Source of the DNA: Auanema rhodensis
Taxonomy: Eukaryota; Animalia; Nematoda
Assembly: GCA_964057225.1 (NCBI GenBank)
Contig: OZ059900.1
Coordinates: 14,074,001 to 14,138,000, forward strand
Reading direction: 5' to 3'
DNA length: 64,000 nt
How positions within the stretch are numbered: the first letter of the stretch is position 1; each line of letters starts with the position of its first letter. The position numbers were made by a program, and so were the translations under genes. This document shows positions 51,991 to 64,000 of this stretch, piece by piece. The notes under the pieces are model-generated. The model did no database searches and was not told the origin of the DNA. It worked only from the letters and a program-made list of their open reading frames with translations.

Positions 51991-53071
51991 ATAATTATTG
52001 TATTACTATTATTCCAATAATTTAAATAATAAAACAAAGTCTTTGTAATCTGAAATACGCAATTTCAAAGTTACTAATATGAACAATGAATAGTTTTTAT
52101 TAGTAAAAAGATGTTTATAAACAATAATTAATATTAAAAAACATGAGAATACTAATCATTGTATGTTATTATAAAACAAATGCTCACAATTCGCAGCTAC
52201 AAATGGTTTTAAAGATAAGCTGAGAAATTTGCAATTATCAAAATTTTTCTTATTCAAGTTTAAATCAAGTTCAAACACGTGCGCAGGGTGCAGATTAATA
52301 ATAGAACGAGTTCTTTGTAGAAATATACGATCCAATGTTCTAAGTAGAATAATTGTTTTGTTTCTGCTGTTTGCAGTTAAAAGTTTGGTCATTTAGCTTT
52401 CGAACAAAAATTCGTTTTGAAATTTTTTCGCAAGAAATTGAAAATCAAATCAGAATAGAATCAATGTAATTAAAAGTTTTGGAATGATTTGAACATGTTT
52501 TCAATCAGAAGTCTAGCTTCATTTGGTTGAAAAATGTTTTTTTTTTCAGTTTGTGAAACCTTTATATCCAAAAAAGTCTCAGCATCTCATACTTTAAATT
52601 TAAATTGAAAAACTTAAATATTATTCCAATTTCTAATTTTTTAAATTTAAGATTTGGCAATTTAAGATTAAGATTTAAGTTGATCTCTAAGTCTTAATAA
52701 AGTTAAAAAAACATAAAACTTAGTTGGAGAAATATTGAAATATACAAACAAAAGCAATCAAACGTGAAGTGAATCGTATTGTAGTTTAGTTAATATTTTA
52801 TCTCAGATTCTTTGTTATAAATACGAAGAGTATTAATGCTTTCAGTAATCATGAATATTAAAACTAAAATAACGGTCAAATATCCACTCTACGAATAATT
52901 AATAACCTATGGGTAGGTATAGATTACATCTTTTCATTGAAATATGATCTTAAAGCATCGACCGTATTGAAATATATTAATATTAGTGCTGCTGAATTTC
53001 GAATATATTGTGCTATTTGCTGTTTCCTCTATAATCGAATTTAAAGCTTTTGGCTTCTAAACTACCAACAT

Positions 53072-55151
53072 ATGTTTCATCTTTTTTTCTCGATTGTAAC
53101 ATTAAATGAATGTGCAGGTATTGAACATTTTTTAAAATATTCGTAAGTAATCTTTTTGTAGCAAACGATTCTACACTTTACTCTACTCATTTCGCTGCTC
53201 AAGCGTTTATGGTAACTATATTTGAACTTTTTAAAATAAAGTTATTAACAAAGTAAACTATTGGAATACATTCAGCATGTCTATAATACAATTCCACCTT
53301 TGTCAGAGTTGATGGGCAAACAGTTGCGTATTGCCATTCCCGTCACATATCCACCATTTGTAAGTTGGAAAAGGGTTGAAATGAAATTAAAAATGAAAAA
53401 AAAATCAGGTAAACTATGCAAATTTTTCTGATGCAGCAGAACTTGAGTGTGGGTACGGACCCGGTGTTGTGATGGAAATACTTAAAGATTTGAAAGAAGT
53501 TTTAAATTTAACATATGAGGTGATATTTTACTTTTTCAAGTCTTAATTAATGTAAAGAAGAAAATTTTGTTCAGATTGTCCCGTTCTCAAACGAAATGCT
53601 GGGAAACAAAAGTGGTTGGCCGGCTGCGTTTGAATACTTAGCTACAAATGTTAAAAAAATGAATGACAACTATCTAATCATTTTTTTAAGAACGTCGACA
53701 TAATTGCGGGAGGGGCAGTGATGCGTTACGATCTTAGTCAGATTTCCGATTTAACATACCCGTTTCTTTATGATACAACAGCCATGTTAATCAAGAAAAA
53801 TGACAAAAAACATTATGAGAAATTCATGATTATAACTGAGCCTTTCAGATGGGAGGTATTTGAAATAAGATTTTTAATATTCAATACAGGCTTTGTTATC
53901 AAGTTATTTATTTTTTAATATAGGTTTGGATTCTAACAATAGCGTGCATAATACTGTCTGGCTTATTTTTCATATTTATCAGTCGGGGAATTGGGCAAAG
54001 TTATAATGAGATAGTGTATACACCGTTTGACTGCTTCTGGTTGTTTATTTCAATAGTTCTGCAACAAGGTTCTTTGGTTTTTCTCATCTTATCTCAAATT
54101 TTCTTAAGGACTCAGAGATCAACCAAAATCTAACAGTTGCCGAATAATGATTGGTTTTTGGTGGTTAGCCAGTTTAACTCTAATGGCCACTTTCACTGGT
54201 AGTCTTGTCGCTATTTTCGCAACTGAAAGTAAAAGTTTGCCGTTTCATGGTTTAATTTAATTAGCCATGTAATCAAAATTTATCAAAGTTCAGATTTACA
54301 TAGTCTACTAAGAGTAGTTAAGCAGGGAAAATACATTATAGTTTTGGATTCTAATTCTGTTATTAACCTAGAGAATATAAAGGTATGTTTTCGAATATGC
54401 GAAAACATTAAATGATAAGTAGTATGAAATAGAATTCTTGCACAAACAATTCTTTGTTTCGTACTTATTGCTCATTCAAACAACGAACTAATATTTCTTT
54501 TTGAGAACTCGAATAAGGAGGACGTTAAAGATCTATGGAACGAAATAAATATCAACAAGAAAGTCTTATATGTAAATGGAACATATGAAGGTTGTTATAA
54601 CAATCATGAACTACCAAATTCAATAACCGGAAGTATTCAGCCATTCAATTGGTGATATCAAAACCTGGCTATGTGTTTCTTGGATCCAGAGAAACAATTC
54701 TTTATTATGCATCACTGGATTGTAGCTTGCTGGCAGTTACAGATGATCTATTGCCAGCTTATTTGTCAATTCCTATGAGTTTGAACAGTAATTATTCTAT
54801 GATTTTTTCAAACCGGTGAACTCAAAGAAAATAAGACATTTATTATTAAAACATTTTTAGAATTAGGGAACTGGTGGAACGTGGATTTATAGCAAAGTGG
54901 TTGAATGATTATAGTAGCTATGCATCAATCAAAGGAGCACATAATTGCAATTATTCTTCAACCAGTCCTCAAGGTAATAACGTTTTTGTTTTGTAATACT
55001 TGTAATATTTTCAGCTTATCTTGATTTGAATAGAACTCAAGGTGCTTTCTGGATTTTACTGGGTGGTTTAATGATGTCGTTACTTTTATTTACATTTGAA
55101 CATATATTTACTTATTATCAAATCAAATATAATCGAAATAAAGTTTACTAA
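53072..55151 (+). CDS. Divergent ionotropic glutamate receptor-family subunit lacking the amino-terminal domain (IR/GLR-8-like)
   Basis: S1 region LRIAIPVTYPPF...DLTYPF, EPFRWEVW + M1, pore WLFISIVLQQG, M3 WWLASLTLMATFTGSLVA, M4 QGAFWILLGGL. Confidence 0.85.
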
Positions 55152-55155
55152 GTAT

Positions 55156-57184
55156 TTATTCTTGGCTATCGTTATCTAATGCACATAAACCTTCTTCTGC
55201 TAGGCAATGAAACCCTTTTGGGCACTCAACATCATTTTCACAAGGGGATCCCATCTCGTATATTACTTGATTTCTACGATTTCCACTGAAAATATTACAA
55301 TATTTCAGTTCCATGTTATATGATCTTACGCTGGACCATAATGACAAACCAAAAATCCCATTTGTGGACAGTGAACAACTGCGCAACCTAGATGATATGT
55401 TCGATCCCAAGCCATCTTCAAAATATTTTCAATTCACTCTTGAATGTATATGGTATTTACCTGTGTCCAATGACCAACCAATTTGCCTTTTCTTCGCCAC
55501 ATATCATTTGTGAGCATGTTGTCAGCTGCTATACCAAATAACTCAAGTTCTTGCCACCATTTTTCAATTCCCTTAAATAGAACTAACAGTATATAGTGTT
55601 TATATATTATTTAAATTAGTTTCAAATGTTCAATTTCTTACAGTTCTCAGTAAAGCACGTGGATCGAAAAACACAGCAGAAGTCATATAAAGATTCTGCC
55701 CTTGATTTGGTCGTTCCCAACCATTGGAATGTGCAAAAACACATTTTTCGGCATGCATTTGGGCATATTCTTCTAGTTCGCAGTTATAAGCCTTAACTTA
55801 ATCATTATGTTTAAAAAAAAAGAACATCACAATTTTCACCATTTTCAGCATATTTTTAGCTCTTGGTTGAGTTGTATTAGTTTCACCATTAAATTCCATG
55901 CCTCTAGCTAACCGCGATCTTAACAAAAAGGATTTTTTTATAAACAGACTTCTCACCTGTAGAAATTATGCTGCTCTAAAGCAACTGATCTCAAAACATC
56001 TGTCATTTCACTATTATTATTCTTGCACATCGTATTTTTCCCATCATCTAATCGATTAATATTTTTCTAGTTTGCAAATGAGCAATAAGTTATACCTTCA
56101 ATATATGTAGGAGCTATACATAAACCAGAGGAAGAATTACACTTTGAATTTGCAAACGTGGAACATTCATAGTTCTCCAAACATGGCTGACCTGGTTCGT
56201 ATATCATTTCAAACTCAGTTTGAGCTCTTCAAAAAGTTTGTAAATAAGTCAGTTCAAAAAAAACAAACTTTTCATTGTAGAGACATAAGAAGACTGCTTT
56301 CTGCTCTTGTGCACATTTTGCATAGGAGCACCCAACTCGAGTCGTTTTACCTTTGGCCATCTAAAAGTCTTTTTACTTGATGGAACCAATTTTAGTTTTA
56401 CATTCGCCCATCCCAAATAATTTTTTCTGTTAAAATAACGGTTCAAATAATCATCATTGCCCGACAATCTTCCTTGATTCCACCATTCATTCAAAGCACT
56501 ACGAATATGCTCAAAATCATCACCAGTATCCCATAAAAGCCAAAACCTTAGAATCAAACTGAATAGAAGATCAAAAAATTTCATACGTTTTAAGCAGCTG
56601 TGCTCTGGACTGTAAAATTGACGCTTCCATGAAAAACGAAGAACAGTTTGAAATATGTTTGTGAGCCAGGTTTTCAAGCTTCATATCCCAAGACTGAACA
56701 GAAAGATAAGCTTTGAAGAAACATAAATTTACCATTTCATAGATATTTTTTCCGCCTTGCATTAATCCCTCATGATTGAGCTCTAGAGCTAATGCTAAGC
56801 GGCTACGTTTACTGTTATGAAAATGGAGAATGTAGTTTCGTAGATTAGTAGAAAGACCAAATGAAGCTTGTTGATCAAAACAAGTTTTTTCAATTACGTT
56901 TGTTAACAATTCATCTGAAAAATGTTTTATTGAGTAAACAAAAATAAATTAATGTTACCTTCTAGTACTGAACTATTTTTGAAATTATCCAACTGCTCGT
57001 TAGAGTTAGGTGAAAGAAAGATCTCTTCATCTATTCCACTACCCTCTTCTGAGAATGCCTAATTATCATACGTTTGTAAGTGTTAACATGCAAAAATAAT
57101 TTGGTACCAACTTACATACACTGAAGCTTGATAATATATGAAAAATAATATAGCAACATTCGAGACTTTGAGCATTATTCTCAT
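55156..57184 (-). CDS. Double-domain SCP/TAPS (CAP, venom-allergen-like/ASP) secreted protein
   Basis: Two repeats of HN..RS.LA...M.(W/Y)..LE..A..H...C.F, plus GQNLYM, QIGHWTQ, YEMGSPC...C...CLAEEGLC. Confidence 0.9.
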
Positions 57185-59029
57185 ACTAGAACTTAGAAAT
57201 ACTTTGACTGTTCAATAAGTTTAATGTATAATGAGATCTACGATACTTTCGTTCTGAAAAGTTCTGTTTGGTGTTTAAATTTGTGATTTTGTATATGTTT
57301 CTGAAAACATTATCAATTGATTCATTAATAAAATTGCAATAAATGAGGTAAAAAGAATATTTTTTACAACAGCAAGTTCAAATAAATATATAAACAGAAT
57401 GTAAAAATAGAAAAATATCAAGTCAAAATCTGAATGTTGTATGAAATGAAGATGAAATTTCATTTATTTTTCCATCTCAATCGTATGGCAATTGAATTGA
57501 CTGCTTAAAAATAAGAAATTGTAGAAATATACATCCGTATTGAGAGTTTCATGAAACCGAAAGTGTAACCAATATTTCTAAGAGGGACAAAGAGATAACA
57601 GCACTAGAACTGGTAGTATTAAAACCATATAATTTACAAGTGAAATCTATCTTTTTATATAATTTTTTTTTCAAGAAATTTGTCAAACAATTATTTTCAC
57701 ATCATCAACACATTATTGTAGAATCATTCAAAATTAAATACTATACAAAATACAGAAACTATTAGACTATCATTTTAAATTATTTACTATTTAATATCAT
57801 TCTTTTTTTTTATTTCTTTATCAGTTTTTACATTACGTTATGCTTCTAAATCTTTGAAGTGTCTTTGTTGCTTTATGTTCCATTTCTCTTCATTACACTA
57901 TTTCTTGTTCTCTAGCTTTTCTTTGATCACTCTTCTTCTATTTTTCTGTTTCTTTCTTCCTATCTCATAAAATTATTCTTGTTCTTTCTTTTCTCTCTCT
58001 TCACGTTCTCTAATGCATTCACCTACATTCAAGATAACTTTTGTCTTTTCTTCTCCATGTTTCGTATATTCTTTACTATATATCAATCCAATTACAATTC
58101 CAAAACGCCATCCTTTTCAATTGTTATCTCTAAATGAAGCCAATGACGCGCAAGGTTATGCATTACAATTTCGACCATCAAAACACTATGGATATTTCTC
58201 TCTTTTTCTACGATCCATTCTATTTTTCTCATTCTGTCTTTTTCTCTAATTGATTTCTGATCCAAACCAGAAAATATTATGAGTATATACGTAGTAATGT
58301 TATATAATATATATATTTATTAATATCTTTATATAAATACATCTATTTTATCACAATTAATGTTGAATTCGTACAAAATCATTAATAAGAAAAACTATTG
58401 TTATCGATTTTTTCAAGTCTTCATAACATTGAAAATATTTGTCGATAATTGAAATGGCGTGATACTATGAAATCTTTTTTCCGTCTTTCATGATGGCATA
58501 GCATATTTTGATAAAACATGTCTGTGATATTTGATTTTATCAATTTTAAGACATAACTTACTTCAGTAAACATCAAAAAGAAAAATGTTCAATTTATACA
58601 TTTTCACTAAACTAAGTTTTTAAAAACTTCAGAGAAATTTATTAAATTCGACAAACAGTCGACAAATTAGCCTTTTCATTTTAAATTTGAAACATCGACT
58701 CTATTCAAAATAAGATAAAACTATCATAAAATGATTATCTGCTCTAATGCGAAAACCGACAACACGTCAGATCTGTGACTGGCGCATATCATTTTTGATA
58801 AATTGCCGGCTTTTTTTAAACAAAAATCATAATTTTTTCCCCGAAGTATGATTAATATTTTTTATTAAATGTTTATTTTATCTGGCATAGTTTAGTTTGA
58901 AGTTTTATATAGTGATCATATTTTTGGTCGAATAACGCAGTTAAATCTTTTGCTTGAATAATTTATTTATAATTTAGCTTAGTTCATGAATATAAATCAT
59001 AACAATGAATATTTTTAAGGGAGTTCAGA

Positions 59030-61462
59030 ATGGTGATTTGCTTGCAACATTTATTTGTTGCATCAAGTCTTCTTCTGCCACCCGTAGCCATACTTAGCAG
59101 TTTAGTAATATGTCTTGCGTTATTCGGAAAAACACTCGGTCTCCGTGAAACATATGTTAATACGTTGATTTTTATTTTCGAGGTAACATTAATTTTTTAT
59201 GAGATTGAAAAAAAGTCTTATTTATGTAGTGGGCAGCTAGGCAAATCCGCACTACTGAACGAAATAAGAGGCGTGAAGGATCGTTTCCAACAGAAGAGCA
59301 GACTGGTATAGTTTGTAATGAAGAAATAGAGAAAGAAAGTGAGCAAAATAACAAAAACAACGATGAAGGACTTAGACATAGACACGGATCTGGATCAAGT
59401 ATGTTTTTTTGTTTCATTTGCAAAATATTGAAAGTTTTCAATCACTACTCTATTTTTTTTGTAAATTTTTGATGGATAATATGCTTTTTTATTTTTTTTA
59501 GGTTTGTCTTCTTTGTCTTCAATATGTTCCAAGCGATCGAGACATGGTTCAGAAAGTAGCACATGTAAGATTTGAATTAATTATCATGAAAGTTACTAAT
59601 ACTGTCTCACAATCTAATTAAAACAATTTTATTATCCGTATTTGTCTGCATTTTTTATTTGTTTTAGTGGGAATCATTCGCCGTGAAACTCAAATACATC
59701 TTGATGACGATGATGATGAGGACTCACATGAAGTTTTTGTCAAAAGTAGAGGATGGGCTGTGGTTCGGGACTCGATCGATTTTGTTAAAGTATTGGATAT
59801 CTAATTGTAAACCGTATAGCATAATTTTGCAGGCAGGTATTGAGGCTATCATTGAAGACGAAGTCACAAGCCGGTTTGAAGCAGAGCAGTTGGTAACGTG
59901 GAACATGCTCACTCGTACCTCAATCAGATTTTATCAATTTGTCAAGTAATATACAATTTTTAGAATTTATTCACCTTAAAAAATTATTTAAGTTGGAAAT
60001 TGACTACGCTTTATTTTATTGGACTTCTGTTTCGTTACTGCATTATGCTCCCAATGCGTTTTATTCTGTTCGCTATGGGACTTTTATTTCTTGTTTGGTC
60101 GACCGCTATTATTGGAATTTTCCCTGAAGGCTCTTTGAAAAGGTTTCCTTTAAATATTATTTGGAATAGTATTTTTATATTTAGAAAACTCAACCAGCAT
60201 AGTATGTTGATTAGCAATAGGATTTTGTCTCGTTGTTTAACTGGTGTTGTTTATTTCCATGACATTCATAACAGAGCGAAAAACGGAGGTTTTCAGAATT
60301 TTAAATATATATTAATATTTGAGTTTTGTTTAGGAATCTGTGTTGCGAATCATACTTCGCCAATTGATGCAATGATTCTATCAACTGATAATGTTTATGC
60401 ACTAATTGGTCAGAGGCATGGAGGTTTATTGGGAGTTATTCAGAGAGCCCTTAGCAGAGCTAGCAGTCATATATGGTTTGAGCGAAACGAAGCTAAGGAC
60501 AGATCGACAGTAACGAAACGGTACTGCGAGTTTGTAAGCATGTTTAAAGCTTGTTTTTTAGGCTTCGAGAGCATTGTAACGACCCGTACAAACTTCCTGT
60601 TCTTATTTTTCCAGAAGGCACTTGCATTAATAACACTTCTGTTATGATGTTCAAAAAAGGCTCTTTTGAGGTATGCTTTTCATGAAGGGATCTTCAAGGG
60701 TCAATATTTCAGGTTGGAACAACTATATACCCTATTGCAATGAAGTATGATTCTCGTTTTGGAGATGCTTTCTGGAACAGCAATGAACAATCGTGGTTCG
60801 AATATATTATGCGTATGATGACATCTTGGGCCATCATCTGCAATGTTTGGTATTTGCCTGCTATGATGAAACTGGTATACTATAAGATGTTACGAAATAC
60901 TTATGAACTTTCAATTTTAGCCAGAAGAAGACGCCGTAGATTTCGCGAACAGGGTTAAAAAAGAAATAGCAAAAAAAGGAGGTTTGGTTGATCTCGAATG
61001 GGATGGACAATTGAAACGCAGCAAAGTTCCAAAAAAATTAGTGGCCAAACAACAGGAAAAGTGATTTTTTTGAATACATTCAAATGTAAATAGAGATATG
61101 CTTCAGATACGCTCATCGCATGTCTAGATATACTTCAACTTCTGCTGATACCCCAAAAAATTTTGATCCTCAGCGATCAGATTTTGAAGAGGATGAATAT
61201 GGTAACTATTACTATCTTATGTCATTTTATTACCAAAAATTAGTTTCATTTCTTTCGCCCACTTCTTTGGGAAATTTGCCTGAAGATGCTGTAGCTTCGG
61301 ATGAGGAAGAGATTTCTGAATCAGCAATTCCTCTGATCAACCCTCTGGCTGATGTCACCTTGTGCGATCTCAATTCAGGTTTCAAAATTCCTTCTCAATC
61401 TTTTCAAAACTAATTTTTTAGGTGTTCATAAGCGCCCACCGTTTTATCCAATTCAAGAATAA
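59030..61462 (+). CDS. Glycerol-3-phosphate acyltransferase GPAT3/4 (acl-4/acl-5 family)
   Basis: DEVTSRFEAEQLVTWNMLTRT, CVANHTSPID, WFERNE, IFPEGTCINNT, FGDAFWNS. Confidence 0.93.
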
Positions 61463-62538
61463 TTTGATTAATTGTTCATTCTAGCTGAATAACATATACC
61501 CTTGGTACCTAGATTTTTTTCTAACTGTTCACTACAAAAAAAAAGAGTCAGAATTTGTGCCTATTTTGCCCTAATATACCTGTACTTTATTTTAGTGTCT
61601 TTTGGTCTTTATTTTCTTTGTAATTTTTTTGATATCAAAAATTTAATTAATTGTTTGAATTCATATTCAATGTTGACTAGTTATATTTAACGGGTATGAA
61701 ACAGAGAATAAATTTATTTTGTTTGATCTCGTATTTTATAAAATTATACTTCAATATCTTTAGTGCACAAAATATGTGGGAACGAAAGAAGTAAGTATGA
61801 AAACTAAGTTTCTTAATATAGAAACTGGTTTTGACAGATTTTAATTACAATAATGCTATTCATGCAACACAACTCAGCCATGACTGTTCGAAAGGTACAT
61901 GGAAAGATCAAATATTGCCTACAAATCTTCTGACCAAGAGTGTTCAACTCTCTGGCATTGATTATTTTTTATCTAAGTATCATTTGTGTTTATAGTTGAG
62001 ACGACTGAACGATTGACCTTGAAATGAAAAATCACCGTGACACGACAATTTTTCTCAAAAAATAAAAGAAAATTCATTAGTTTCCACACAATTGTCTAGG
62101 TTATTGTCTAGTTCTAATCGAAGTAACAAGTAAGGTTGCAGATTCTGTTAGCTATGCTTTATTACTATATAACGTTTAAATACAATGCTGAATCTTTATG
62201 CATTTCTAAACTAACTATGTTTGGTATCATTCTAACAAACTATTAAATGTATGCTTTTTTATATCAAGGGGGAACTTATATAAAGAATGAACGGAATGTC
62301 ACGCCTACTGCTAAAACAAGATGGAAATCAAGAAGAACTGACTGGCTGATACGACCTTTACAGCATCTTCTTCACGAGTGAACAATTGGTCAACCAAGTT
62401 GTATTAATTTTATAATTTTTACTTAACAAATAGTTCTGTGTTACCATAGATAATCGTTGTGCAAATACTAATTAGTGAATGAATCAGCAATCTCTAACTG
62501 TTTCTGAGTTGGTTTCAGACTGCCTATTTCCTTTAATA

Positions 62539-64000
62539 ATGCTACACTTTTCACGTCTAATACCAATTCTGAGTATTTTATCATTATCAATAGCAGATGA
62601 CGGATTTTATCGCACACTACTTTATGGAGAAAAATTAAAAGGATTTATTAAGGTAACATTTAATATATGAAATATTCAAATAAAAGCAAAATAACAAATG
62701 TGTATCAGCTTGAATTTCATTTTTATTAAGGTAAATGAGCTCAAAAACGATAACTATGTTGTTTCTTTTGACATACAATTTTCGCAAAACGATGATGTCA
62801 AATGGGCGCTGCATATGTCATCGGCACCGTATGATATGACAATCATGACCGATAATTGCAAACGAGTAAAAAAAAGTCCTCATCTCATGCGAAGTTTGCC
62901 TTTGAATGAAACAATAGTGCCCGGTAATATATTGCATGGTCATACTATTGTTCTTAGTTCACAAATGGAGGTTTGAAATAGCTGATTGTTGATAAATCTT
63001 TATAAAACAGATTACACATAGGTATTAGCGTGTGCAACAATCATACTTCCAAAAAAACCTATTCTATCAGCTTCTTTTCATGCAGATATTTTTGAAGGTC
63101 ATATTCATGTTGTTCGTATGCTTGATAATCAAGTAAGTTTTATTTTAAGACAATAAAACTTCCACTATTGTAGGCTCGTTTGCTACCGGATTTACGTTAT
63201 CTAATGACTCTTGACGATTCAACTCTCTATAAGCAAACAATAGTTTGGGCATTTGTTGAAAACTGCTCTGAGAGTAATACAGATTCACTAACAGATGGAT
63301 CAGAGATTGGTATAGACTCTCGAACTACTATTACGACAGGTATATCGAAAGAGGGAAAAGTACATGTGAATTATAAGTTGCACATTTCAGAAGTTCCAAA
63401 TAATTATTCTCTTTATAACTTAGCCTTATATGCGGATTCAAAAGTTATAGCTTGCGTTCCCTTAGAAGATGTTGAACCTCGGACAGTTATGTCTGTTAAT
63501 CTAACACTAATTCAAGTATAGTTTTAATATTCAACAGAAAAAAAAACATTTCAAACACGTTACAGCGAAATCCATTTGAGCCTGTGTATTCAGAATCAGA
63601 ATTTCATCCTAACATTTTACATATTAGGCATGCTCATAAGTAAATATATCAGAAATAATTTTCTTTAAATCTTTAGAGACGATTGCTTGGATTTGTCAAC
63701 TGAATCCATACATAATGCGTTTGATAACTATTACCCTTCGGTAACCATTTTTGGAAGTGAAAGCATTATTTTGAAGGTTATATATATGTAATACATGTAT
63801 AACTTGTTTACTTTTAGTCATTGTATGCCGAAGATCTATGCAGTGTTCTTCGACCACATTTTCCACGCCCTGCTTCTACAACATATCTCATGCATCCGGT
63901 TAACGGCAGGTATTTGTTTTTCAGGATAACTATCAGTTCAAATGATTCAAAATGCAGAATAACACTACTTGATACAGAAGATGAGATTTTGGTAACAGGA
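62539..64000 (+). CDS. Secreted multi-exon protein with degenerate Cu/Zn-SOD-like repeats; runs off the window
   Basis: Signal peptide, WALH..PYD...NC, ILHGHTIVL...LACATI, and a second ...KVIACVPL resembling the SOD tail GRSIV...IAC. Confidence 0.5.

Larger units (their letters stand above)
43864..52247. repeat. Large inverted duplication: arms ~43864-47817 and ~48371-52247 with a ~550-bp unique spacer
   Basis: Mirror-image ORF pairs in the track (e.g. 44149-44448/51662-51961, 46232-46582/49528-49878) and near-identical reverse-complement sequence including introns. Confidence 0.97.

Overview
AT-rich eukaryotic DNA with very short GT-AG introns and TTTCAG-type acceptors, carrying clearly nematode (rhabditid-like) genes. 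Conserved host genes: lipocalin-related lpr-3-like, claudin-like, ATP synthase g, V-ATPase B (vha-12), prominin, a Met/Ron-like receptor tyrosine kinase, acetoacetyl-CoA synthetase (sur-5), an LRR transmembrane protein, a divergent ionotropic glutamate receptor, a two-domain SCP/TAPS protein, a GPAT3/4 acyltransferase and a secreted SOD-repeat-like protein. Two accessory structures stand out. (1) A ~12 kb foreign island (3131-15145) lies between ~220-bp direct repeats. It holds a decayed Maverick/Polinton (adenain protease, pPolB, class III fusogen-like gene, major capsid, chromo-integrase), a nested hAT element, a rearranged Tc1, an intact spliced trypsin-fold serine protease (wosp-like cargo) with a broken duplicate, and a divergently transcribed second protease fragment that can splice in frame towards a domain resembling archaeal PaREP1/HEPN. 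The protease/HEPN pair is a candidate selfish or toxin-antidote module. (2) An ~8.4 kb palindrome (43864-52247) duplicates a cdf-1/ZnT1 zinc exporter and a Death+SEFIR (Act1/actl-1-like) adaptor; the two transporters differ mainly in their His-rich loops. All calls come from manual translation and motif recognition; no database searches were run.
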